Counted from the stretch's first letter, positions 27,705 through 38,100 are shown. The stretch is DNA of 64,000 bases from an uncultured Gammaproteobacteria bacterium (GCA_964532415.1 CAZHHN010000002.1:7852-71851); one strand, 5' to 3'. Made by a program: numbers and translations. The notes: generated by a model not told the origin, from the sequence alone.

Positions 27705-28415
27705 TCACTTGGTGAACACGATGGTGCCAAAGATCTGTTTCACCGTTGGCGACAAGGCGTCATATTCCTTATCATCCAGTTCAAAATCATAGATCCGGCT
27801 TGTTCCCGAAATCAGATGATATCTCATGGTGATCTTGCCATCGGGATCACTTCCTTTCTCAGCAATTTCGTAGGCTATCTGGCCACCCAGAGAAATCTTT
27901 TTGACCAACCAGGAATACCCACCCTCCGTTTGAAACCGAGCGGAATCGAAAAGGTCCGATAACGAATTTTCGTCCGTCACTCGCCAGGAGCCAAGATACC
28001 CTGTCACATACGATTGAAAGTCAGGAAAGCAATCAACGTAGAGGCTTCTGTAGATTAAGTCCGCACCACCCTCCCCGAACTCCGTCCGTGACGCCGTGAT
28101 CTTCTTATTTTTCAAGATGTCTTCCGGACTGCGGATGATCGTCGCGCCGAGTTCACTGTCAGCGATCCATCCGGGCGGAAGCTGCAAATCTATTCCGCAT
28201 TTTGCAATCGTGAACGGGTTCCAACCGGGTATCGGCTCGACCGTCGTCTTTTCGGGGGACGGGACCGTCGAAGTCGCGACATCGACCGTTACCGGTGTCG
28301 GTACGGTCGGGTGCGGCGGCCTTCCGAAAAGAATGACGCCTCCGGCGATTGCCGCCGAAATCGCGACGAGTCCGATGGTTCCTGCGACGACCTTCTGACG
28401 TGCTGAATTTTGCAC
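27705..28415 (-). CDS. Hypothetical single-TM extracytoplasmic protein (PsbP-like fold possible)
   Basis: Lower-GC ORF; TM, Pro/Thr linker, LQLPPGW; GTG start after GAGGT (alternative ATG at 28448); terminator near 27656-27681. Confidence 0.75.
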   Translation of the reverse strand: MQNSARQKVVAGTIGLVAISAAIAGGVILFGRPPHPTVPTPVTVDVATSTVPSPEKTTVEPIPGWNPFTIAKCGIDLQLPPGWIADSELGATIIRSPEDILKNKKITASRTEFGEGGADLIYRSLYVDCFPDFQSYVTGYLGSWRVTDENSLSDLFDSARFQTEGGYSWLVKKISLGGQIAYEIAEKGSDPDGKITMRYHLISGTSRIYDFELDDKEYDALSPTVKQIFGTIVFTK

Positions 28416-28630
28416 ATGTTTACCTCTGTAATTATCGACGTCCCCCATTATTGACGAAGATCGGATCGAGGTCAAGAGCCTCGGTTGAATGCGCGCTGAA
28501 GGAACGTCTCAAAAAGCCTAAACAAATACGGGTCCTGACAGGGGCGTTGAGCCATCCCAAGCGTCTTTCGGAAGGCCGCGAGGCCTGCGACAAAAAAGAC
28601 GGCCGGGAGACCGTCGGATGATGCTGAGCG

Positions 28631-29287
28631 TCACAGCAGCTTGATCCCGAGCTTGAGCTTGATCCCGAGCTGTTGCAGCCTGCTGAGACCGAATCTTTCG
28701 AACTGCGGCCGAAGGTACAGCAAGGGCTCGTTGGGCAGACCGTGCAGACCGAGGGTCGCGAGCGCTTCCTCCAGCATGACGCGATACGGAAGGCGGTCAT
28801 GCAGCCCTGTGAAAAGCCGACGCAGGAGGTTTTCATCCAGGAAAGCGATCGGCAGCGTGAGGTTCACAATGCGCCGCCGGATGGTTTCTCCATTTTCACG
28901 GGCGGCTTGGACAAGGGCGGAGCAGCATTCGTCCTGAAACCCTTGCGATACGCGCTCGTACCCTGTATTTCTTTTCGGACCGGGAGCATCGGGCGGGCGG
29001 GCATGCGCCGTCACCAGTCCGAGCAGCAGGGCCGAAAGGCCGACATCGAGCCACGAAATGGGATCCGGATCGGGCGCCGGCGGACCGGTCAGCATCGGCA
29101 CGCGAGCCGCCCGTTCGGCCGCCATATGCGCACATTTTGCCGCATGCGCCTTGTGAGCCAACACGATCTGGGCGCTGCGCTCATCGCCATCGATCGTCAG
29201 GATCCGGCACAGGCGTTGCAGAAGCCACAGATGGGCGGCGAAAGCCGAAAGCAACAACGCGTCGAGCGGGTCGTGTTCAGTCATCAT
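28631..29287 (-). CDS. Hypothetical protein (helical)
   Basis: Promoter TTGACC-17-TAGACC (29311-29339); terminator GACGGTC/GGCCGTC-T6 (28592-28615). Confidence 0.65.
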   Translation of the reverse strand: MMTEHDPLDALLLSAFAAHLWLLQRLCRILTIDGDERSAQIVLAHKAHAAKCAHMAAERAARVPMLTGPPAPDPDPISWLDVGLSALLLGLVTAHARPPDAPGPKRNTGYERVSQGFQDECCSALVQAARENGETIRRRIVNLTLPIAFLDENLLRRLFTGLHDRLPYRVMLEEALATLGLHGLPNEPLLYLRPQFERFGLSRLQQLGIKLKLGIKLL

Positions 29288-29363
29288 TTTTCCCCCAAAG
29301 GTACTGGGCTGGTCTATCACGGAACGGTGCGCGGGTCAAATTGGGGCTGGACCCGAGAAACCG

Positions 29364-30578
29364 TCAACGCTTCCGGATGACGATGCGCTTCGGCCGCGTG
29401 CGCGACATCGCAGCAACGACGAACGTCAGGCCACCATCTTCGAGCGCGTCGCCGGCATTGGGCACGCGGCCGAACTTTTCGAGCACGTAATCGCCGAGCG
29501 CGCCTTCATAGGCGATCGAGATGTTGAAGAAGTGGTTGATCCTGGTAATCTCGGTGCCTTCGTCGGCCAGGATCTCGGTTTTCGACAGGCGCTTGATCGT
29601 TTCCGGCCGGATATCCTTTTCGTCGGTGATCTCGCCGACCAGCTCCTCAAGCACGTCTTCGAGCGTAACCACGCCGACCATGCGACCTTCGGCGTCTTCG
29701 ACAACGGCCAGGTGCTGCTCCCGGCCCTGGAAAAGCGGGAGCAGATCGTCGGCCGACATGTCGGCGCGCACCCGCAGCGCTTCCTGCGCGAAATCGGCCG
29801 GCGTGGCCTGGAATTCGTCGCGGGCCAGCGCGGCCAGCAAGTCGCGGGTCAGAGCCACGCCGAGCACGTGCGCCGGGCTTTCGCCGACCACCGGCACGCG
29901 CGAATGCCGGACATCGAGAACGCGCCGGCGCTGCTGCCCGAGCGGGACGTCAGCCGGCAGCGTCTCGGCATAGGACGCGAGCGTCATCATGTCATCGGCG
30001 GTGATGTCGTTCAGCCGGAAGACGCGCCGGATCATGCGCGACTCGTCGGCCTCGACGCTGCCCGAGAGCCGGCCGAGCTGCGCCATGATCGTGATCTCCT
30101 CTTCGGAAACGGCATGCCTGCGCGCGCCGGAGCGCAGCCGGCCAAGCAGCCGGTCGATCAGCCAGAGCAGCGGACGGAACATGCCGGTCAGGAACAGCAC
30201 CGGCGGAGCGACCGCGGGAGCAAGCCCATCTGCGTAGGCTTCGCCGAGCGTCTTGGGAACGATCTCCGCCAGGACGATCACGCAGAACGTGAAGCCGGCG
30301 ACGAAGACCGACAGGCCGACGGGCCCGAAAACGTGGTGCGCCAGCGTGCCTTCGACGATCGAACCGACGATGGTGGCGATGTTGTTGACGATCACGATCG
30401 TGCCGATCGGATAGGCCATGTCATCCTTGATCTTCAGGAGCGCTCCGGCACCGGGGCGTCTGGCTTCGACCATGGCCTTGACCTTGGCGTACGGAATGGA
30501 AAACAAGGCCGCCTCGGCGCCCGAAGCGAAGGCCGCCAGCGCCAGCACGATAACGGACGAGAGGATGAGGGCTGTCAT
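29364..30578 (-). CDS. Hemolysin/CNNM family protein (DUF21-CBS-CorC)
   Basis: SGAEAALFS, AEIVPKT, HSRVPV, GVVTLEDVLEELVGEITDE. Confidence 0.93.
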   Translation of the reverse strand: MTALILSSVIVLALAAFASGAEAALFSIPYAKVKAMVEARRPGAGALLKIKDDMAYPIGTIVIVNNIATIVGSIVEGTLAHHVFGPVGLSVFVAGFTFCVIVLAEIVPKTLGEAYADGLAPAVAPPVLFLTGMFRPLLWLIDRLLGRLRSGARRHAVSEEEITIMAQLGRLSGSVEADESRMIRRVFRLNDITADDMMTLASYAETLPADVPLGQQRRRVLDVRHSRVPVVGESPAHVLGVALTRDLLAALARDEFQATPADFAQEALRVRADMSADDLLPLFQGREQHLAVVEDAEGRMVGVVTLEDVLEELVGEITDEKDIRPETIKRLSKTEILADEGTEITRINHFFNISIAYEGALGDYVLEKFGRVPNAGDALEDGGLTFVVAAMSRTRPKRIVIRKR

Positions 30579-30582
30579 ACGT

Positions 30583-31608
30583 TCAGTGAAGATACTTCGC
30601 CTTGTTGGCGCTTTGTTCCTGAAGCGTCTTGGCGTAATGCACTTTTCCCTCCTTATCGGTCAGGAAATACCAATACGGATTGGACTCAGGATGCAGCGCT
30701 GCGCGAATGGCGGACAAGCCAGGATTGCCGATCGGCCCGGGCGGCAGGCTGCGGTATTTGTAAGTGTTCCAGGGATTGTCGATCTTGGTATCGAGATAGC
30801 TGACCGAGGGCTTGGAATGCCCGGTGAGGTAATTAACGGTCGAGTCGGCCCCGAGGCCGATGCCGGCGGAGATCCGCCTCCAAAAGATGTCCGAAACCAT
30901 GGCGCGATCCCGTTCGCCGCGCACTTCGCGCTCGATGATCGACGCCATCGTCAGGAGCTCATGCACGGAATGGCCGCCCGCCTTCATCTCGGCCCGCAGC
31001 TCCGGCGTCAACCGGACTTCGAGATTGTCGAGCATGCGGCGCACCAAGGCGCCAGCCCCGCCGCCCACATAGACGCGGTAGGTGTCGGGGAACAGATAGC
31101 CTTCGAGCGAGGCGCTGACCGGCTTGTCCGCCAGCGCGGGGTATGAGGCGTTCCAGTCCGGCAGCGCGCCCGTCCGCACGAACCTGGCGCTCTCCCCCGC
31201 CTCGGCATAGAAATCCTTTTTGGAAGCGAGACCCTGCGTTTCGAGATAGTCCGCGATATCATCGAGCGTCCAGCCCTCGGGAATCGTGATTTCGCGTTCA
31301 TCGGAAACCGGCTTGCCTTCCGCTAAGGCGCGTTCAATCTCGCCGCCCGTCATTGAAGGCGAGAGTTCGAACGATCCCGCCCGGAAGGCGTTTTTATCGC
31401 CGCGGCGCCAGATCAGGAACAGGAAAAAATTTTTGCTGCGGATCAGCTTCGCTTCCGCGAGCGCATCCGCGATTTCCCGGGCGCCTTGGCCTTTCGAAAC
31501 GACGAACAGCCGGGTTTCGGGACTGCGGGAAACCGGCTGCCCGCTCCGCAGAAAAACAATGCCGCTGAGCGCGAGAAGGCACACCAACGAAACGGCCAAC
31601 CCTTTCAT
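30583..31608 (-). CDS. mltG: Endolytic transglycosylase MltG
   Basis: TIPEG, LEGYLFPDTY, ASIIERE, NTYKYRSLPPGPIGNPG. Confidence 0.95.
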   Translation of the reverse strand: MKGLAVSLVCLLALSGIVFLRSGQPVSRSPETRLFVVSKGQGAREIADALAEAKLIRSKNFFLFLIWRRGDKNAFRAGSFELSPSMTGGEIERALAEGKPVSDEREITIPEGWTLDDIADYLETQGLASKKDFYAEAGESARFVRTGALPDWNASYPALADKPVSASLEGYLFPDTYRVYVGGGAGALVRRMLDNLEVRLTPELRAEMKAGGHSVHELLTMASIIEREVRGERDRAMVSDIFWRRISAGIGLGADSTVNYLTGHSKPSVSYLDTKIDNPWNTYKYRSLPPGPIGNPGLSAIRAALHPESNPYWYFLTDKEGKVHYAKTLQEQSANKAKYLH

Positions 31609-32693
31609 AAATAGCGTTCCATCTTTTTTCGTTTCAGCGTTTCAACCAGCTTCTTCACGTCCTGGGCGCGCGATTTCGGACAGATCAGCAGGACGTCTTT
31701 CGTTTCGATGACGATCATGTCCCGGAGCCCGGCCGTGGCGATCAGCTTGCCGCCGAAACTGCAGAGCAGGTTACCCTGGGAATCGTGATCGACATGTTTC
31801 CCGCGCACGACGTTGGCGTCCGGACGGCCGGAGAGCACTTCGTGCACGGCGCGCCAATGACCGACATCCGCCCAGCCGAAATCGGCCGGCAGCACGAGCA
31901 TGTGCTTTTCCTTTTCGAGGATGCCGTAATCGACGGAAACCGGCCGGATGCGGCTGAAGGCCCGGCGCACGGCGGCAATGCGGCCGCGCCCCGGCCAGGC
32001 GCGACGGACGCCTTCCAATTGGGTCCACAGAGCGGGCAGGTGCGCTTTGTAAGCGGTGAAGAGCCTTGCAGCTTCAGCAATGATCAGCGTCGGATTCCAT
32101 AGATACCCCTTCCGCGCCACGTAGGCTTCAGCCGTGCGAAGATCCGGCTTCTCGCGGAAGCCTTCGACGCCGAAGACGTCGCCGTTCTTACCCGGCCTCA
32201 GGCGCAGTGCCCGCTTTCCCGTCTTGATGTAGCCGTAGCCGGTTTCCGGATAGGACGGGCGCACGCCGATGAGAACCAGCCGTTTCGCACGGCGCGCAAC
32301 CCGTTCGGCGTCGCGCAGCGCGCGCCAGTAGTTTTTTTCATCCTTCACGTGCGCGTCGGAATTGACCGTAACAACCGTCGCGCCCGGATCGCGGGAAAGC
32401 GCGACGGCGGTGCCGAAGCCGATTGCCGCCGCCGTGTCGCGCCTGGCGGGCTCGATCAGAAGATTTTCGGACGGCAGCTCCGGAAGCTCGCGGCGGATGG
32501 CAGCGGCCTGCGCCGTACCGGCCACGACCAGGATGCGCGAAACCGGCAGGCCCTTCCGCAGGCGCTTCCAGGTGGAACGCAGAAGCGTGTCCGCTCCGAT
32601 GATGGGTTGGAGCTGTTTCGGCCGGCGCGCGCGGGAGACGGGCCAGAGACGGGTGCCGCCGCCGCCGGCCAGGAGAATGGCGTACAGGCGCAT
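31605..32693 (-). CDS. manC: Mannose-1-phosphate guanylyltransferase
   Basis: LAGGGGTRLWPVSR..PKQ, EPARRDTA, PETGYGYI, FREKPD, SVDYGILEK. Confidence 0.93.
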   Translation of the reverse strand: MRLYAILLAGGGGTRLWPVSRARRPKQLQPIIGADTLLRSTWKRLRKGLPVSRILVVAGTAQAAAIRRELPELPSENLLIEPARRDTAAAIGFGTAVALSRDPGATVVTVNSDAHVKDEKNYWRALRDAERVARRAKRLVLIGVRPSYPETGYGYIKTGKRALRLRPGKNGDVFGVEGFREKPDLRTAEAYVARKGYLWNPTLIIAEAARLFTAYKAHLPALWTQLEGVRRAWPGRGRIAAVRRAFSRIRPVSVDYGILEKEKHMLVLPADFGWADVGHWRAVHEVLSGRPDANVVRGKHVDHDSQGNLLCSFGGKLIATAGLRDMIVIETKDVLLICPKSRAQDVKKLVETLKRKKMERYL

Positions 32694-32694
32694 G

Positions 32695-33468
32695 TCAGCG
32701 GATCACGAAAAACCAGAAAGCCAGCGCCGCGGCGATGCGGTAGACGCCGAAGGCCGTCAGCGTGTGAGTACGGACGTAGCGCAGGAACCAGCGGATGACC
32801 GCCAGCGCCGAAAAAAACGCCGAGAGCAGCCCGACCGACAATAGGACGCATTCCCGTCCGCTAAACGCCAAGCCGCTCTTGAGTAAATCAAGTCCGGAGG
32901 CGGCCGCGATCGTCGGCACCGCCAAGAGAAACGAGAATTCGACGATGGCCGGGCGCGACCATCCGAGCGACAGGCCGCCAACGACGGTCGCCGCGCTGCG
33001 TGAGACGCCCGGCACGACCGCCGCCGCCTGCACGATCCCGATCGTCGCGGCATGCGCGATCGGCATGCGTGCAAGTTCCTCCCGCCCCGGAACTCGCATC
33101 GGCTGCCAACGCTCGAAGAGGATCAGGAACACGCCGCCGAAAAAGAGCGCCGCGGCCGTGATGAGGGCGTTGCCGAGCAAAAAGGTTTTGATGGTTTTAT
33201 AGAAAAGCAGCCCGATGACCGCCGTCGGAACGAAGGCCGCGGCGACGCGGATGAAAACCTGCCGATCGAGAAGGAGGCGCTTCCACGAAACGGCCAGCAC
33301 GGCCAGAATCGCGCCGAGCTGGATGACAATCTCGAAGGTCTTCACGAAGTCGGTCGCCGGCAGCTGCATGAGCCGTCCGGCCATCACCATGTGTCCGGTT
33401 GAAGAAACGGGCAGGAATTCGGTCAGACCCTCAACGACGCCGAGGATCAGGGCCTGAAGCATGGTCAT
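32695..33468 (-). CDS. uppP: Undecaprenyl-diphosphate phosphatase
   Basis: GVVEGLTEFLPVSSTGH, PGVSRSAAT. Confidence 0.96.
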   Translation of the reverse strand: MTMLQALILGVVEGLTEFLPVSSTGHMVMAGRLMQLPATDFVKTFEIVIQLGAILAVLAVSWKRLLLDRQVFIRVAAAFVPTAVIGLLFYKTIKTFLLGNALITAAALFFGGVFLILFERWQPMRVPGREELARMPIAHAATIGIVQAAAVVPGVSRSAATVVGGLSLGWSRPAIVEFSFLLAVPTIAAASGLDLLKSGLAFSGRECVLLSVGLLSAFFSALAVIRWFLRYVRTHTLTAFGVYRIAAALAFWFFVIR

Positions 33469-34052
33469 GTACGCTGAGGTTTATGGTCGCGGAAGACCGC
33501 GAAGAGATCCAGGTACGGCTCGACCGCCTTTCGCGCAGGCGCAGCCAGACGCGAAGCGATCCATCCCACGAACGCGCCACCGAGCGCGTCGGAGGGATAG
33601 TGGACGCCAGCCGCCACCCGGCAAAGCGCCACCGCGACTGCCATCGCCAAAAGCGCGCTCCCCCATTTCCGGTCGCGCGCGAACATGGCAAAGGCCAAAG
33701 CGAAGGCGACGGTCGCATGCGCCGACGGGAATGATTTCTCGAAGGGCGCGCGCTCGACCAATTTCACGACATGGCTGAGCGCCACGAACGGACGCGGCCG
33801 GAACCATAGGAAGCCGAGCACCCCCTGCGTGGCATAGCCGATGAGCGCCGCCCAGACCGCCTGCACGAGATTTTCGAAACGTTCCTCGAAACGAGCGGTC
33901 TTCCAAGCGACCGCCACGTAGCCAATTTCCAGCGCGGCCATCAGGAAAATCAGCCAAGTGGCGCCGAAAATAACGAACGTGTCGAAGGCCGGTGAAAGAC
34001 CGGCCGGCCCATTCAACCAGCGGAAGAGACGCAGATCAGGCGCCGAAAACAT
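33465..34052 (-). CDS. PAP2-family phosphatase (BcrC-like)
   Basis: RPRP, SFPSAH, RVAAGVHYPSD; TATCAT 7 nt before ATG 34052. Confidence 0.9.
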   Translation of the reverse strand: MFSAPDLRLFRWLNGPAGLSPAFDTFVIFGATWLIFLMAALEIGYVAVAWKTARFEERFENLVQAVWAALIGYATQGVLGFLWFRPRPFVALSHVVKLVERAPFEKSFPSAHATVAFALAFAMFARDRKWGSALLAMAVAVALCRVAAGVHYPSDALGGAFVGWIASRLAAPARKAVEPYLDLFAVFRDHKPQRT

Positions 34053-34089
34053 ATCCCCCATGATAGGGGCCGACGGCAGTTTTGGGAAG

Positions 34090-34887
34090 CTAGCGACGGT
34101 TGAGGAACAGCGCGCCCACAAACAGCAGGATGGCGGCGCCGACGATCGTGCCGCCGGCGGCGATATCGAAGGCGTAGGAGAGGAAGAAACCAATCAGTAC
34201 GGAGGCGAGCGAAAAGACAACCGCGAGAAAATGCGTCTTGCGAAAACCCAGACCGAAGCGCGAAGCCGTCAACACGGGCACGACCATCAGGGCCCCGACC
34301 AGGAGCGCGCCGACGACGCGCAGCGAGAGGGCGATCGTCAGGCCGGCCAGGAGCGTGAGCAGCAGATTGAAAGCCGTGGCCGGCAGCCCGCCCGAGAGCG
34401 CGAGATCCTCGTCAAGCGAGACGAGGAAGAACGGACGGACGCAGACATGGACGATCGCGACCACCGCCACGCCGAGCGCGAGGATGACGGCGAGATCGAT
34501 CCGGCTGACGGTCGTGACGCTGCCGAACAGGAAGCTGAACAACCCGGCGCTCAGCCCCTTCGCAAGGCTGATCAGCACGACCGAGAGCGCCAGGCTGCCG
34601 GAGAGCACCAGGGAAAGCGCCGATTCGCCGAAGAAACCTTTGGCCGCACGGAGACGCTCGAGCAGGAAGGCCGCCACGAGCGCGGCGCCGATCGCTCCAA
34701 GAACGGGATTGAAGGCGAAGAGCAGCCCGGCCGCGACGCCGGAGAGCGACACGTGCGCGAGCGTATCGGCCAAAAACGCCTGACGCCGCACCACCAAAAA
34801 CATGCCGATCGACGGCGCCAGAATGCCGGTCGCCAGAGCGGCGATCAGGCCGCGCACCAGGAAGTCGTAGCGGAAGATTTCAAACAT
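34090..34887 (-). CDS. znuB: Zn/Mn ABC transporter permease
   Basis: ADTLAHVSLSG, LFGSV, VGALLVGALMVVP. Confidence 0.9.
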   Translation of the reverse strand: MFEIFRYDFLVRGLIAALATGILAPSIGMFLVVRRQAFLADTLAHVSLSGVAAGLLFAFNPVLGAIGAALVAAFLLERLRAAKGFFGESALSLVLSGSLALSVVLISLAKGLSAGLFSFLFGSVTTVSRIDLAVILALGVAVVAIVHVCVRPFFLVSLDEDLALSGGLPATAFNLLLTLLAGLTIALSLRVVGALLVGALMVVPVLTASRFGLGFRKTHFLAVVFSLASVLIGFFLSYAFDIAAGGTIVGAAILLFVGALFLNRR

Positions 34888-35647
34888 GGCCGTGGTGTTC
34901 GTGCGCGACCAGGCGCACTTCGCGCCCGTAGAGACGCACCAGGAAATCTTCCTTCAGATAGTCGCCGGGCCGGCCATGGCAGACGAGCCGGTGATTGAGG
35001 CATAGAACCGAGGTCGCGTCCTGCGAGACGAATTCCACGTCATGCGTCACGAAGACGATCGTCGTGCCGTGTTCGCGGTTGGCGTGCCGCAAAAACGTCC
35101 GGAAGGCTTCCTGCGCCGAGGCGTCGACGCCAACCGTCGGTTCGTCGAGCACGAGGATGCGCGGCTCGGCGGCCAGGGCGCGCGCCACGAAGACGCGCTG
35201 GCGCTCTCCGCCGGAAAGCGTGCCGACCGTGCGTCCGGAGAGCGCCGTCACCTCGAGCGTCTCCATGGCGTGATCGACCGCTTCGGTATCCGGTGCCGTC
35301 CAGCGGGCGAACAGGCCGAGACGCGGCGTGCGTCCGCTTTCAACGACCTCGCGCACCGTCGCCGGAAAATCGGCGGTGTCGGAAGAGATGCGCTGGGGCA
35401 CGTACCCGAGATCGAGACGGGCGCGCCGGTCGGAAGACGGACGCCCGAAAATGCGGATCGATCCGGTCGTGGGAGGACGAAGTCCGAGCAGAAGCCTGAT
35501 CAGCGTCGTTTTGCCGCCGCCGTTCGGCCCGATCACCGCCAGATATTCTCCGGCGTTCAGCCGGAAACAGACGTCTTTCAAGGCTGAAACGCCGCCGTAG
35601 GCATACGACAGATTTTCGATTTCGATGGCGGCGGTGTTCATTGGCAT
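34880..35647 (-). CDS. znuC: Zn/Mn ABC transporter ATPase
   Basis: GPNGGGKTT, GYVPQ, LSGGERQR, His-rich C-terminus. Confidence 0.9.
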   Translation of the reverse strand: MPMNTAAIEIENLSYAYGGVSALKDVCFRLNAGEYLAVIGPNGGGKTTLIRLLLGLRPPTTGSIRIFGRPSSDRRARLDLGYVPQRISSDTADFPATVREVVESGRTPRLGLFARWTAPDTEAVDHAMETLEVTALSGRTVGTLSGGERQRVFVARALAAEPRILVLDEPTVGVDASAQEAFRTFLRHANREHGTTIVFVTHDVEFVSQDATSVLCLNHRLVCHGRPGDYLKEDFLVRLYGREVRLVAHEHHGHV

Positions 35648-36510
35648 ACGAGGGCGGTGCGAAGCTGTGCGAGATTATCGCGCATGACCGAAAGATAGTT
35701 TTTCCCGGCGGCGAGATCGGACGGCGTCAGGCCTTCGAGCGGATTGAAGCCGAGCGTGCGCGCGCCCGTTTCCTCGGCGAGCGTCTGGGCAAGCTTCGGG
35801 CTGGCGAGCGTCTCGAAGAAAATGTAGCGCGTTCCGGCGCGTTCCACCAGACGCGCGATTTCCGCCATGCGCGCCGGCGACGGTTCCGCGTCGGGAGAAA
35901 GCCCCGCGATCGGCACGACGTCCAGCTCGTAACGCCTGGCAAGGTAGCCGAAGGCGTCATGCGACGTGACGATCGTATGCGTCCTGCAACGGGAAAGCCC
36001 GGAACGGTAATCCGCGTCGAGCGCATCGAGCGCCGCGAGATAACCTGCGGCGCGGTCGGCGTATTCCGTATCCGTCCCGCCCAGGGCGTCGCGGAGCGAC
36101 TTCACGATGTCTTCTGCCAGCACCGGGTCGAGCCAGACATGCGGATCGCGGTTCACCTCAGGCAGCCGATCGGCCACGCGCACGACACGCACGCCATGCC
36201 GACGGAGGTCCGGCAGCAGCCGATCGGCCCAGCCGTCGACCCCGCCGTTCATCACGAAGAGATCGGCCTGCTCAGCGTCCAGAATGTCCTGGGGCGTCGG
36301 CTCGTAGTCGTGCGGTTCGGCTCCCGGCGGCACGAGCGTGCGCACATCGAAACGTGCGCCTCCGATCTGGCGGGCGAACTCCGCCAAAGGATAGAACGTC
36401 GCCACCACATGCAGCGAAGCGTTGGACGGCGGGCGGACGGGAGCAAAAAGGCGGATCGCCAGCCAGGCCGCGGCGGTCAGCACCCCGACGAGCAGGAAGG
36501 CTTTTTTCAT
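35638..36510 (-). CDS. znuA: Zn ABC transporter substrate-binding protein
   Basis: EPHDYEP, DPHVWLDP, HDAFGY, NPLE. Confidence 0.9.
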   Translation of the reverse strand: MKKAFLLVGVLTAAAWLAIRLFAPVRPPSNASLHVVATFYPLAEFARQIGGARFDVRTLVPPGAEPHDYEPTPQDILDAEQADLFVMNGGVDGWADRLLPDLRRHGVRVVRVADRLPEVNRDPHVWLDPVLAEDIVKSLRDALGGTDTEYADRAAGYLAALDALDADYRSGLSRCRTHTIVTSHDAFGYLARRYELDVVPIAGLSPDAEPSPARMAEIARLVERAGTRYIFFETLASPKLAQTLAEETGARTLGFNPLEGLTPSDLAAGKNYLSVMRDNLAQLRTALVCQ

Positions 36511-36549
36511 ATCCGCATCTTCATACGGTAACAGGCGCGTGTAAGGCGG

Positions 36550-38100
36550 TCAGCGCGCACGCTGCATCGGCAGGTCCGAAGCGATCCAGGCGGGCCGGTC
36601 GATCTTGGTGAAGTCGATCGGATCGGTCTCGGTCTTTTCGAAGCCGGGCTTGACGGCCGTCAGATAATACGATCCCGCGCCGACGTGAAAGCTGTAGCGG
36701 CCGCGGGCGTCCGTGAGACGCGTCTCAAGCACTTTGTGATACGGCAGCGAGAGCACGCGCACGACCGCGCCGGAAATCGGGCGGCGGGTATCGATGTCGT
36801 AGACCGTTCCCTGCGAGACTGGCATCGGCGGCTCCGCCAGACGCCTGAAAATTTGGTACAGGAAGACCTGCAGCAGGAAGAGAAGGAAGACCGGCAACCG
36901 CGGAGACACGATCAATGCCACCAAACTCAGACAGGGGCCGGACAGGGCCAGAAAACGGCGCAGCGCTTTTTTATTGCGGACGGACAGCAGCGCGCGCGCT
37001 TCTTCGGGCGGCGCCTCGTCCGGATCGAGCGGCACGTTGAGCGTGAGCGTCCTGCCGTTTTCGGCCGGGGCAATGAGCGTGCCGTGGTAGATCTCCTCGA
37101 ACGCCCCGTCGTCGGATACGTCAGAAAGCGAGAGCGCCGGAAAGACGAAACCGGGCTTGCGCGCCTCGAGGCGATACGTTCCGGCTTTCGGCGTGAAAGC
37201 GAAACGACCGTCCTTGTCGGTCACCTTGGTGGCGACGATGCGTCCGTTCGTGATGTCGATCAGCCGGACGGTCGCCAGATCGATCGGAACTTTGGTCGCC
37301 GCGTTGTAGACCGTGCCCCAACCCTGGCGCCGTCGGCGGCTGAGGAAAAGAAGGGGCTGGACCGCCAGCAGCAGGAGAAACTGACCTGCGCTGGCGAGCG
37401 GCAAAGCGCCTGCCAATGCCGCAACGAGTCCGGCCGCGGTGCCGAGCACCGAAAGCGGAGCGACGACGGTCGCGTTGACGGATTGGACTTCCGGCCGGTC
37501 GGCGACGCGGCGGACCAGCTCGGCGTTCTCCTGGACGGTACCGAAGGCCGCGGCGACCTGCCCGGGCGTCGGCACATAGACCTGCAGCTGGCTGAAGATG
37601 GACACGCCGGCGGCGCCGTTCTCGGAGCCCTCGAAGCCGGTGTCGGTCAGGAGATGCGGACCGGCCGTCAGCTCCCCCGTCGGCGTTTCGAGCGCGAAGG
37701 TCACTTCGTAGCCCGGACAGGCCTTATCGCAGTACCTGCCGTCCTGACGGCGCGAATGATACAGATACGGGACGCCGCCGGGCAGCACGTTGAACGGCAC
37801 GCCCTGCAGATAGATGTTGCCGGACGACAATCCGTTCGCGGTGATGCCGGCATCCGAAATGACCGCGGCGTTTTCCGTGCCGAGTTCGATGCCGAGCGGC
37901 GGCGAGGCCGGGTACTCGGCGTGCTGTTCGAAATAGAGCTCGATGGCGTTCCGGATGGTTCGGACGTCGGCCACCCGTTTGGCGTCGCGCGCCTTCATGC
38001 GCACCGCGTTGTAGGAAACCAGCCCTGCCACGGTCAGCAGGGCCATGATGGTGGTGGTTACCAGCAGTTCGACGAGGGTGAATCCTGTTCGTTTCGTCAT
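36550..38100 (-). CDS. Type IV pilin/GspG-like domain fused to a TM + 2x carboxypeptidase-regulatory-like module
   Basis: MTKRTG|FTLVELLV prepilin site; ARDAKRVAD; later TM pair, WGTVYN...TDKDGRF, second TM pair, GTVYD...TDARGRY. Confidence 0.85.
   Translation of the reverse strand: MTKRTGFTLVELLVTTTIMALLTVAGLVSYNAVRMKARDAKRVADVRTIRNAIELYFEQHAEYPASPPLGIELGTENAAVISDAGITANGLSSGNIYLQGVPFNVLPGGVPYLYHSRRQDGRYCDKACPGYEVTFALETPTGELTAGPHLLTDTGFEGSENGAAGVSIFSQLQVYVPTPGQVAAAFGTVQENAELVRRVADRPEVQSVNATVVAPLSVLGTAAGLVAALAGALPLASAGQFLLLLAVQPLLFLSRRRRQGWGTVYNAATKVPIDLATVRLIDITNGRIVATKVTDKDGRFAFTPKAGTYRLEARKPGFVFPALSLSDVSDDGAFEEIYHGTLIAPAENGRTLTLNVPLDPDEAPPEEARALLSVRNKKALRRFLALSGPCLSLVALIVSPRLPVFLLFLLQVFLYQIFRRLAEPPMPVSQGTVYDIDTRRPISGAVVRVLSLPYHKVLETRLTDARGRYSFHVGAGSYYLTAVKPGFEKTETDPIDFTKIDRPAWIASDLPMQRAR

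Noticed and set aside
28638-28671. 16-bp direct repeat with 18-bp period (LGIKLKLGIKL)
   Set aside because: Two copies only, at a gene end; looks like a local slippage duplication, not a target-site duplication around an element.
30865-30878. GGCGGA-GA-TCCGCC palindrome in mltG as a second repeat-element copy
   Set aside because: The arm order is inverted and there is no apparent insertion in the protein; likely chance in GC-rich DNA.
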